Below are positions 54,222 to 64,000 of a stretch of DNA of 64,000 nucleotides, piece by piece. Each line of letters starts with the position of its first letter. Within the stretch, counting starts at the first letter, position 1. Origin of the DNA: an uncultured Gemmatimonadaceae bacterium (GTDB taxonomy: Bacteria > Gemmatimonadota > Gemmatimonadetes > Gemmatimonadales > Gemmatimonadaceae). The notes under the pieces are model-generated. The model was not told the DNA's origin. It worked only from the letters and a program-made list of their open reading frames with translations, and did not search any database. The position numbers were made by a program, and so were the translations under genes. The stretch is taken from contig CAVVTZ010000006.1 in NCBI GenBank assembly GCA_963751275.1, positions 1 through 64,000 of the forward strand, read 5' to 3'.

Positions 54222-56856
54222 TTACAGTCCAAACCAGTAAGTAGCCTTGATCTCGAACGTATTCATCGGGTGCACCGAGAACATGGAATTCACGTCCGAC
54301 CCCGGTGCGAATCCCGAGTACGCCTGATCGTAGTTGTACACCGTTCGTCCGTGCGTCCACACGATGAACAGCGTCGATCCCCTCCGGTATTCCCATCGCA
54401 GCACGGTGTTCACGTTCAGCTGCTGGTAGTCGAAGTTGTAGCACGACACCGTGACCGTCGTGCAGGTGCCGACGTCGGGGTTGTCCTCGGGGATCGGCGT
54501 GTACGGCACGTACTCCTTGCTGTACTCCGGCGAGCGCGGGTCGCCCACTTTTCGCCAATTCTCGTAGCGGCCGTCGCTCAGATACGGCTGGGCGTAGAAC
54601 TGCAGCGTCAGCCTTGGCGTGAACGTCGCGTCAATGCGCACGATCGCGCTGGCCGTGTTCTGGTGGAGCGTCGCAATGGTGTAGATCGACTCGGCGGCCG
54701 GCGTGTAGTGGATGTAATTCGCGAGCCAGTTCACGTAGTCCACGTCCAGCGCGTACGTGAGCGCCAGCGACACCGCCAGGCTCGACGACACGTGGTACAG
54801 CACGCTCGCCGACGCGTTGTAGCCGTGCGAGAGCCCGCCCGAGCCGTCGTACAGCGAGAAGGTGACGGCCGGCACCGCGTTCAGGCGCGGATCACCCTCG
54901 ACACCGACGAAGCCATCGTTGAACTGGTGACCGAACAGTGCGGGCCCGCCGCGCGCCTTCCGATCGTCGTACGCCGTGAGGAAGCGGTTCAACTCGAACG
55001 CGCCGTGCAGCCACCAGCTGTTCAGGAATTGCACGTCGGCGCTGAAATACGCCACGTTGTTGTTCATGTACGCGCTCGAGAGTCCCTGCGTCGTCCAGCC
55101 GTTGGTCTCGCCAATGTCGAGATACATCTGCCGGTAGAACGATCCCTGCTGCGTGATGTCGGTGGAGATGACGTTGTTCCACGTCATGATGCCGGCCTCG
55201 GCGAGGTAGCCGAGGTCGTTGATCTCGAGGCCGGGACTCACGCGCCCGAAGTTCGTGTTGAAGCGCAGGATGCCGCCGCCGATCTTGCCGAAGCTGATCT
55301 TCTCGGCGTCGCCGGTGAGCGAGGTGCGCGTGGTGTCGTACGCGAGACCGCTGCCGGGCCGCTGGTAGTAGTGCGTGCTGTTCGCCTGCGTGAGCGCCAT
55401 CGCCTGCGGCGAGCCCGACACGTAGCTGCTCACCACCGAGCCGGAGAGCTGGTATTCCCGCGAGGCGAACTGCGTGGTGAAGTGCACGCCGCCCACGTAG
55501 GCCGCATCGCGCAGCGTGTCGATCGTGAACGCATCGAGCCGACGGTTCGTCGCCGTGACCATCGCGCCGATCTGGGTCTGGCCATCGCGGAATTCCTGGA
55601 TCACCTGCGTGGCGAAGTAGTTGGCGGGCGGCTCGGAGGTACTCTGCGCGGGGTCATCGTTCACTTCCTTCGCGGTGAGCGCATCGAGTACGCCAATGGA
55701 GAGGCCGCCGTCCGTGCGGCCGGTGAGCTTCGCCGCGCCGTAGATGGACGTGACCGCCGGCGAGCCGGCGCCGCCGTCGGTGAGCTGCGGCTGGCGGCCG
55801 ATGCGGCGCGAATAGAAGAGCCCGCTGCACGAGCCCATGTTGCAGTTCATGTCGAAGCGGAAGATCCCCGTTCCCTCGAGGAAGAAGGGGCGGCGCTCCG
55901 GGAGGAAGGTCTCGAAGTTCGAGAGGTTGAGCACCGCGGGGTCCGACTCCACCTGCCCGAAGTCCGGGTTCACGGTGCCATCGAGCGTGAGATTGCTGGA
56001 GACGCCCCACTTGATGTCGCCGCCCACCGCATACTGTTGCTGCCGCCCGTAGCTGCTGTCCGCATGCGGGAAGGTGATGCTCTTCGCCACGGCATATGGC
56101 ACGATCTCGAGATGATTCGCGTTGCCGAGACCGTCGATGCCGGAGAGATCGCCGAACTGCGACGCGATGCCCGTCTGGCTCATGCGATACACGGGCCAAC
56201 TGTCCTTCTCGTTCAGCGCGCGCGATCTCGCGCGCGATCGCGAACCCCATCGTCACCTGTGGCTTCTTCGTGAAGCGCAGCTGATCGAAAGGGATCCGGA
56301 ACTCGGCGGTCCATCCGAGCGAGTCCACGTGCGTGACGGCATCCCAGATGCCGTCCCAGGAGTCGTCCTCTTCCCCGTCGTTGAGCGTGTAGATGTCGCG
56401 CTTCACACCGCGCGGATTGACGGCGAACTCGTAGCCGGTGCGCCTATCGTGATAGGAGTCGATGAGGATCTTGATCCAGTCCGACTGCGACTTCTGGTCG
56501 CGCCGGCCGAGCAGCCCGACGATGCTGTCGGGGTGCGGGTCGTACATGCGGACGAACACATACAGGTACCGCTCGTCGTACGCGACCTTCGCGAGCGTGC
56601 GGAAGGAGGCGGGGCCGTCCTCCACCGGATAGTACTGGCGGAAGAGTTCGATCGTCTGCGCCCGTTCCCAGATGGGATCGTTGTCGAGGCCGTCGAGCAC
56701 GGGCGCGAAGGGCGTGCGGGTCGCGACGGCCTCATGGGCGCTCGCGACGGATGGCTCCGGCGCGGCGGAGGGAATTTCGACGGTAGTCTGCGGCGCCTGC
56801 GCCTCGACCGCGAACGAGAATATGAAGAGCAGAACGATCGCGGAGCGACGGCGCAT
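54222..56856 (-). CDS. CBM9-like / DUF5916 outer-membrane protein (frameshift at about 56215)
   Basis: WTAEFRIPF, TVNPDFGQVESD, ERRPFFLEG, FYSRRIG, VLRWEYR.GST. Confidence 0.88.
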
Positions 56857-56906
56857 TGGCTTGAATGTAGTGCTGAGGAGCGGCGCGTCTAGCGACTAAC
56901 ACCGCT

Positions 56907-57108
56907 TGAACGGCGTACTACCTGGGGCCTAGTACCGCTGGAGCGGCGCGTCTAGTTGGCAGCGTGTAGTACAGCATGGCGGGAGTGACGGCGCGACTGT
57001 GGGAAGTAGGAGGAAGGCGGCCGCAGCCACTCCCGCCGCGCAGTACTACACGCTGCCTACCAGACGCGCCGTTACAGCGGTACTAGGCCCTAGGTGGTGC
57101 GCCGTTCA
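56907..57108. repeat. Palindromic family D, copy 3 (core inverted)
   Basis: The core is the reverse complement of that in copies 1 and 2. Confidence 0.9.
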
Positions 57109-58749
57109 CAGCAGCCCCTTGACGATCGCGTGCGCCTCCGAAACGACCGTCGCGAGGTGCGATTCTCCTCGGAAGCTTTCGGCGTAGATCTTGTAAATGT
57201 CCTCCGTCCCCGATGGCCGCGCCGCGAACCAGGCGGAGGCGGCGCTCACTTTCACGCCGCCGATCGGCGCGCCGTTGCCAGGCGCCGTCGTGATGATATG
57301 CTCCACCTTTTCCCCCGCGAGCGTCGTGCACGCCACTTCCTGCGCGGTCACGGCGCCGAGGCGCTTCCGCTGCGCCGCGGTGGCGGGCGCCTCCACGCGG
57401 TCGTAGCGCGGATCGCCCAGTTCGCGCGCGAGCAATGCGTACAGCTCGCCCGGGTCGCGGCCCGCGTTCGCGGCGATCTCGGCGGCGAGCAGCGCGGCGA
57501 CGATGCCGTCCTTGTCGGTGGTCCACACCGTGCCGTCGCGGCGGAGGAAGGTCGCCCCGGCGCTCTCCTCGCCCGCGAAGCCGAGCGATCCGTTGGCGAG
57601 ACCTTCGACGAACCACTTGAAGCCCACCGGCACCTCGTAGAGGCGCCGTCCGCGCTTGGCCGCGATGCGATCGATCGTCGAGCTGCTCACCACGCGTCTT
57701 CCCCACCCCGGCGTCGCGCTGCCAGTTCGGCCGCTGCGCGAACGAGATGATCGATCGCCACGGTGAGAAAATGATTCGGCGGCAGCAGGCCCGCGCCCGG
57801 CGTCACGATGCCGTGACGGTCCGCATCGGTGTCGCAGGCCGACGACGAGATCGTACGAGTCCTTGAGCGCGATGGCGCGCTGCATCGCGTAGGCCGACGA
57901 TGGGTCCATCCGGATGCGACCGTCCCAGTCCAGCGTCATGAAGGCGAACCGTTCGTCTACGATCGTATTCACCACCGTGCAGTCCAGCCCGTACCGCTCC
58001 GCGATCGCGGGCCAGTAGTGCACGCTGGCGCCGCCGAGCGGATCGACGCCCAGCCGGATGCCGGCGTCGCGCACCGCATCGAGGTCGATCACGTGTTCGA
58101 GGTCGTTCACGTAGGCGGTGCGATAGTCGTGCCGGTGCGTGGTGGCGGCGCGTTGCGCCTTCGCGAGCGGCACGCGCTGCACCCCCTTGAGCGCCTCGAC
58201 GAGATACTGATTCGCGCGCGCCTCGATCCACGCGGTGATGGTCGTGTCCGCCGGCCCGCCGCTGGGCGGATCGTACTTGAAGCCGCCATCCTCCGGCGGA
58301 TTGTGCGACGGCGTCACGACGATCCCATCGGCGAAGCCGGCGCCGCGGCCGCGATTGAACGCGATGATCGCATGCGATACCGCGGGCGTCGGCGTGAAGG
58401 CATCATCCGTCGCCAGCATCACGTCCACTGCGTTCGCCGCGAGCACCTCGAGCGCCGTGGCCGCCGCCGGCGCGGAGAGCGCGTGCGTGTCCACGCCAAG
58501 GAAGAGCGGCCCGCCAATGCCGCGATGGCGCCGATAGTCGCAGATCGCCTGCGTGATCGCGAGGATGTGCCATTCATTGAACGAGCGCGCGAACGCCGTG
58601 CCCCGGTGCCCCGACGTGCCGAACGTCACGCGCTCCGCCGGCACGGCCGGATCGGGGATCTCCGCGAAGTACGCCGTCACGAGCTTCGCGACGTCCACGA
58701 GCTTCGCCGCGGGCGCGCGCTGTCCCGCCAGAGCGCTGACGCCGGTCAC
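57106..58749 (-). CDS. pgm: Phosphoglucomutase (frameshifts at about 57700-57840)
   Basis: FGTSGHRG, TPSHNP catalytic Ser, GEESAG, RPSGTEDIYKIYAESF. Confidence 0.94.
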   Translation of the reverse strand: MTGVSALAGQRAPAAKLVDVAKLVTAYFAEIPDPAVPAERVTFGTSGHRGTAFARSFNEWHILAITQAICDYRRHRGIGGPLFLGVDTHALSAPAAATALEVLAANAVDVMLATDDAFTPTPAVSHAIIAFNRGRGAGFADGIVVTPSHNPPEDGGFKYDPPSGGPADTTITAWIEARANQYLVEALKGVQRVPLAKAQRAATTHRHDYRTAYVNDLEHVIDLDAVRDAGIRLGVDPLGGASVHYWPAIAERYGLDCTVVNTIVDERFAFMTLDWDGRIRMDPSSAYAMQRAIALKDSYDLVVGLRHRCGPSRHRDAGRGPAAAESFSHRGDRSSRSRSGRTGSATPGWGRRVVSSSTIDRIAAKRGRRLYEVPVGFKWFVEGLANGSLGFAGEESAGATFLRRDGTVWTTDKDGIVAALLAAEIAANAGRDPGELYALLARELGDPRYDRVEAPATAAQRKRLGAVTAQEVACTTLAGEKVEHIITTAPGNGAPIGGVKVSAASAWFAARPSGTEDIYKIYAESFRGESHLATVVSEAHAIVKGLL

Positions 58750-61700
58750 GGCTTGGGCGCGCCCGAGCCGAGCACCGCGCGCACGCAATGCACGCCCTCG
58801 TCCTTCACGAGCGCGATCCCCGCCGCGCGGTCCACCGGCGCGCCGTCGAGCTCAAGGGTGCAAATGCCGCGCGACGAGCCGTGCGGATTCTCCACCGCGA
58901 TCTCGTAGCGCGCGGCACCCCAGAGCAGCGTCATCGAATACGCCGGCCACGCGCTCGGGATGCACGGGTCGATCATCAGCCGCCCGCTCCGCACGCGCAG
59001 GCCGAGCATCCACTCGATGCCCGCGCGATAGAGCCAGCCGGCGGACCCGGTGTACCAGCTCCAGCCGCCGCGCCCCGAGTGCGGCGCGGCGTACACGTCG
59101 CCAGGCACGACGTACGGTTCGATGCGGTACCGCTCCACCTCCTGCGCGTTCGTCGTGCGCTTGATGGGATTGAGCATCGCCATCAGCTCGGCGGCCTTGT
59201 CCCCGTTCCCCAGCTCGGCGAACGCGATCACCGACCATGCGGCGGCGTGGCAATATTCCCCGCCATTCTCGCGCACACCCGGCACGTAGCCCTTGATGTA
59301 ACCGGGCTCGAGCGCCGTGCGGTCGAATGGCGGCGCCAGCAGCAGGATCAGTTCTTCCTTCCGGTCCACCAGCCGCTCGTCCAGCGACTGCATCGCCAGC
59401 CGCGCGCGCTCGCGCGGCGCCGCGCCGGAGATCACGGACCACGACTGCGCGATCGAGTCGATCGCGCACGCATCGGCGCCGTTCGTGCCGAGCGGCGTGC
59501 CGTCGTCGAAGTAGGCGCGGCGGTACCACGTGCCGTCCCATCCCGCGCCTTCCACCGCCGACATGAGGGCCGTCGTCGCCCCATTCCACGCCGCGGCGCG
59601 CGCCGTCTCTCCGCGCGCCAGCGCGACCGGAGTGAACTTCGCGAGCACATCGAGCAGGAACCACGCCATCCACACGCTCTCCCCCGTTCCCCCGGCGCCC
59701 ACGCGGCTCATGCCGTCGTTCCAGTCGCCCGTGCCCATGAGCGGCAGACCGTGACTGCCCACCTTGAGGCTCCGGTCGATCGCGCGCGCGCAATGCTCGA
59801 ACAGCGTCGCCTGCTCCCCCGAGACCCGCGGTTCGAAGTAGGACTCCGACTGTCCGGAAGTGAGCAGCGGCCCCTCGATGAAGGGCACCTTCTCGTCGAG
59901 GATCGCATGGTCGCCGGTCACGCCCATGTAATGGTCGGTCACGTAGGGCATCCAGAGCAGATCGTCCACGATGCGCGTGCGCACGCCGCGTCCGGTGGGC
60001 TCGTGCCACCAGTGCTGCACGTCGCCCTCCACGAACTGCCGCGACGCCGCGCGCAGGATCTGCGCGCGCGTCAGGTCCGGCCGCCCCACCGCGAGCGCCA
60101 TCACGTCCTGCAGCTGGTCGCGGAATCCGTACGCGCCGCTCGCCTGGTAGAACGCCGTGCGCGCCCAGACGCGGCTCGCGAGCGTCTGGTACAGCAGCCA
60201 CTGGTTGAGCATCACGTCGAGCGCGCGGTCGGGCGTCTTCACCTCGACGGTCTTGAGCAGCTGCTGCCAGGCGTCCATCACCTGCTGCAGCCGCGCGTCG
60301 AGATCCTCGGATCTCCACCGCTCCACCAGCTCCCGCGCGCGCGCGTCGTTCCCGGCCTGCCCGAGGAAGAGGACCACCGTCGCGGTGGCCCCCGGCGCGA
60401 TGTCCACCGCGGTCTGCAACGCGCCGCACGGATCGTACGTGGCGCCGGTGCGGCCCGAGAGCTTCTCCCGACGCGTGAGTGCGAGCGGGCGCGCCGGCGA
60501 GCCGTTGCGGCCCAGGAATTCCGTGCGATCGCCGGTGTGCGATGATTGCGCGCCGCGGAGATCGGCGAAGGCGACGCGCCCGCCGAAGTCCGTGCTCCAC
60601 GTATTGCGCGCGAACATCGCGCCGCTCGCCGCATCGATCTCGGTGCTCACGAAGGGCGTGCTGCCGCCGCGCGAACTGCCCAGCACCCACTCGACGTACG
60701 CCGTCACCGAGAGCCGCCGCGCGCGCCCCGAGTGGTTCGTGAGCGTCAGCCGCGCGACCTTCACCGGATCGTCGACCGGAACGAACTGCAGCAGCTCGAG
60801 CGAAATGCCGTGCGCGTCGTACTGGTGACGCGTGTAGCCGTGCCCGTGCCGCACGACGTACTCACCGTTCGGCTCGCGCACCGGCAGCGGCGTCGCGCTC
60901 CACACGTCGCCCGAGTCGTCATCGCGCACGTAGAACATGTCGCTCGGCGGATCGGACACCGGGTCGTTCGACCACGCCGTGAGCTGGTTCGCCTGGCTGT
61001 TCCCCCACCAGGTGCAGCCCGACCCCGACTCGGAGACGAGCCCGCCGAACTCCGCGTTCGCGAGCACGTTGATCCACGGCGCGGGGGTCCATTCGCCGGG
61101 CTTGAGCGCGACGACATACTCGCGCCCGCCGGCGGCGAATCCACCCATGCCGTTCGGGAATTCGAGGTCCAGCGCGGGGGCGGGCGCGCGCGGCGCGGCA
61201 GGGATCTCCGGCGCTCCTTCCTCGACCGGCGCGAGCGCCGCCAGCGCGCGCGCCGAACTCACCGGCGCGCCGTCCGCGCGGTAGCCGCGCTGCACCTGCT
61301 CCGCGAGCGTGCCGCGCCGGCTCGACAGCTCCACGCGCGCCACGCTCTCGAGCAGGTCCCGCTGCACCGCGGTCAGCTGGTCGGAGCGCATCGTGTAGAT
61401 GCGTCCCTCGACCGCCGCGGCGTCGGGGCGCGACGTCGAGAGGCTCGTGCGCACCAGCATCTCGAGCAGCGTCTGCAAGTCCTGCAGGTACGACGGCGCA
61501 CGGTCGTTCAGGATCACGAGGTCCACCGCGAGCCGCTTCAGACGCCAGTACGCGTGCGCGCGCAGCAGCTGCCGCACGATGCCGACATCGTCGGGGTCGT
61601 CGATCTTCACGAGCACGATCGGCAGATCGCCCGAGATGCTGTGCACCCAGAGCGAGGCGACCGATCCGGTGCGGCGCGCGAGGACCGCGGCCGACGCGCT

Positions 61701-64000
61701 CAGCGCACGGTCGGCGTAGAGGATCGATCCCGCGAGCGTCTGGAAGAGATGCGGCTTCCGCCGCATCGATCCCCAGGTGATGGAGCTGCACCTGCGCCTG
61801 CGTCCAGGCGAGCGTGGCCGCGCGCTCGAAGGTCGTGACGTCGTGATACTTGTCGGCGAGATCCAGCGCCTCGCTCCGCGTCGCCGAGACGAGCGTGGAG
61901 AAGGCGACGTGCACGGTTTTCCCCGGGCGGATGCGCACGCGCCGGCGCAGGCTCACCACCGGATCGAGCACCGCGCCCACGGTGTTCGACAGGTCGCGCC
62001 CCTCCGTTTCCGCGAGCGCCGACCGCGCGCGATGCCCGCGGCCGAGGAACTGCGCGCGGTCGGTCTCCCATTGGAGATCGCCCACCGTCTCGCCCTCCAC
62101 CGCCATCACGTGCGCGAGCCAGATCTCGCGCTCCTCCGGCGATCGCGGCCGGCGGGCCGCGAGCAGGGTGTCGAGCTCCGGCACGACCTCGGTCTGGATG
62201 AACAGGTTGGAGAACGCCGGGTGCGCGTTGTCCGACGCCGCCGGCGCGAGCACGATCTCCGCGTACGACGTGACGTCGATCTCGCGCGCGCGCGCGCCGG
62301 TGTTCGTGATCGAGACCCGCCGCACCTCGGCGTTGTCCTCGCTCGACACGATCACTTCGAGGCGCGTCGCGATCGCGCCGTCGCGCCGCGTGAACTCGGC
62401 GCGGTCCTCGGTGAAGGACACGTCGTACGTCTCGGGCGCCGCCCCGGTGGGCTGGAAGCCCGCCGACCACCGCTCGCCGCTCGCGGCATCGCGCAGGAAG
62501 ATGAACGAGCCCATGTCGTCGCTCGTCACGTCGGGACGCCACCGCGTGACCGCGAGATCGCGCCAGCGGCTGTAGCCGGAGCCGGCGGCGGTGATCATCA
62601 CCGCGTAGCGCCCGTTCGAGAGGAGCTGCGTGCGCGGCGCCGCGGTCTGCGGCGTGTTGAAGTGCCGCGTGCGCGGCGACACCAGTTCGCGCACATCCGC
62701 CACCGACAGCGCCGCATCCACGCGCGGACGCGCCACCGGCACGTCGCGCGGCGTGCGCTCCTGCAGCAGCAACTCGGTGGCCCGCACCATCGGCTCGGCG
62801 TGGAACCGGTCCTGCATCACGCCGCCGTGCACCGCGTTCCCGATCGCGACGATCGTCATCCCGTGATGGTGCGCCATGTACGCGCGCACGACCTCGCGCG
62901 AGACGCCTTCCGGGAGCCGCGCCGGCGTGTAGTCGATCGACTCGTAGAAGCCGTACGCGCCGTCGGCGCCCTGCCGCGCGATCGCCTCGAGATTGCGCCG
63001 CGCCGCGACGGGGTCGAAGATCGCGGCGAGCGCGCTGGCGTACGGCGCGATCACGATGTCCTCGGCGAGCCCGCGGCGCAGGCCGAGCCCCGGGATGCCG
63101 AAGGTGGAATACTGGAAACTCATCGTGACGTCGCGCGCGAAGTACGCCGACTCCGAGATCCCCCACGGTACGCCGCGCTCCCCGCCGTACTCGATCTGCC
63201 GCTGCACCACCAGGCGGCACGTCTGCTCGAGCAGGCTGCCCATCGGCGTGCGCATGATCAGCGCGGGCATGAGGTATTCGAACATCGAGCCCGCCCACGA
63301 CATGAGCACCGAGTCGCGGTGCATCGGCGTGAGCAGCCGGCCGAGGCGGAACCAGTGGCGCGCCGGCACATCGCCCTTGGCGATGGCGACGAAGCTCAGC
63401 AGCCGCGCCTCGGAGGCGAGCATGTCGTAGCGGCTGTCGTCCAGCGCCCGGTCGGTCATCCGGTAACCGATGGAGAAGAGCATCCGCGACGGATCGAAGA
63501 GGAAGCCGAAGTCCATTGCCGCGACCAGGGCGCGCGCCGCGGCCGCCATTTCCGTGAGGCGCGCGGCGACGGCCATCGCCGCGGCAGCGGAGCGTTCGAG
63601 CGACGTGGCGAGCGCGTCGATGCTCCGCAGCCGCGCGGCATCCGCGTCGCCGCCGGCCACCAGCAGCTCGCGCGCCGCGGCGAGATCCGCGAGGGCCTCC
63701 CCGCACTTGCCGGGCAACTCGGCCAGCGTGGTCCCGGGGGTGAAGCGCGCCATGATCGGCACGGCCGCCTCGTCCAGGCGCAGCCGGCACCAGGGCATGA
63801 GATCGTCGAGGTCGCGATCGTGCGTCTCGACGGCGGCGCGCAGCGCGGCGGCGCGCGCCGTCACGGTGATCGGCGACGTGTCCGCATCCGCCGGCGCGAG
63901 ATCGCGCGCGCGGTCCGACACCGCGCGCGCCGCGGCATCCAGCTCGGTGAGCCGCGCCGCGCGCGCGAAGATCGTCGCGGGCTCGTCGGCGACGATCGTG
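58746..64000 (-). CDS. ndvB: Cyclic beta-1,2-glucan synthase, C-terminal part (glucoamylase-like plus GH94 domains); runs off the window; frameshift at about 61765
   Basis: LASEARL, SWAGSMFEYLMP, WGISESA, AYMAHH, QASGAYGFRDQLQD, GDWNDGM, GVRENGG, WSWYTGSAGW. Confidence 0.92.

Overview
GC-rich bacterial sequence in two distinct parts. (1) About 1-7420 is an actinobacterial-looking patchwork: a few intact genes (ABC1/UbiB kinase, YciI, MarR with a divergent NAD(P)-binding protein) mixed with abruptly truncated fragments (oxidoreductase, LuxR HTH, ECF sigma, TetR, hydrolase, pRiA4b-ORF3, VapC, helicase, RHH). (2) About 7420-64000 looks like Gemmatimonadota-type chromosome (inferred from Ser/Thr kinase-propeller fusions and a PadR/ADOP permease pair). 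It has many single-base frameshifts, probably uncorrected long-read indels. The most notable feature is a tightly coupled minus-strand operon at 15288-22723: a Cyc2-like cytochrome-porin (PAFARKY..CSACH..PEL, C-terminal Phe), a diheme cytochrome c, a blue-copper (cupredoxin-type) protein, cytochrome c oxidase subunits II, I, III, III' and IV, and a small membrane protein. This parallels the cyc2-cyc1-cup-coxBACD iron-oxidation operon of Acidithiobacillus ferrooxidans and suggests an outer-membrane-to-O2 electron uptake chain (inference). Many intergenic gaps in part 2 carry a long palindromic element; these fall into several families, many built from 7- or 21-nt units. The rest is transport, signalling and carbohydrate genes, ending in pgm and a partial cyclic beta-1,2-glucan synthase. 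I saw no rRNA, tRNA, CRISPR array or transposase.
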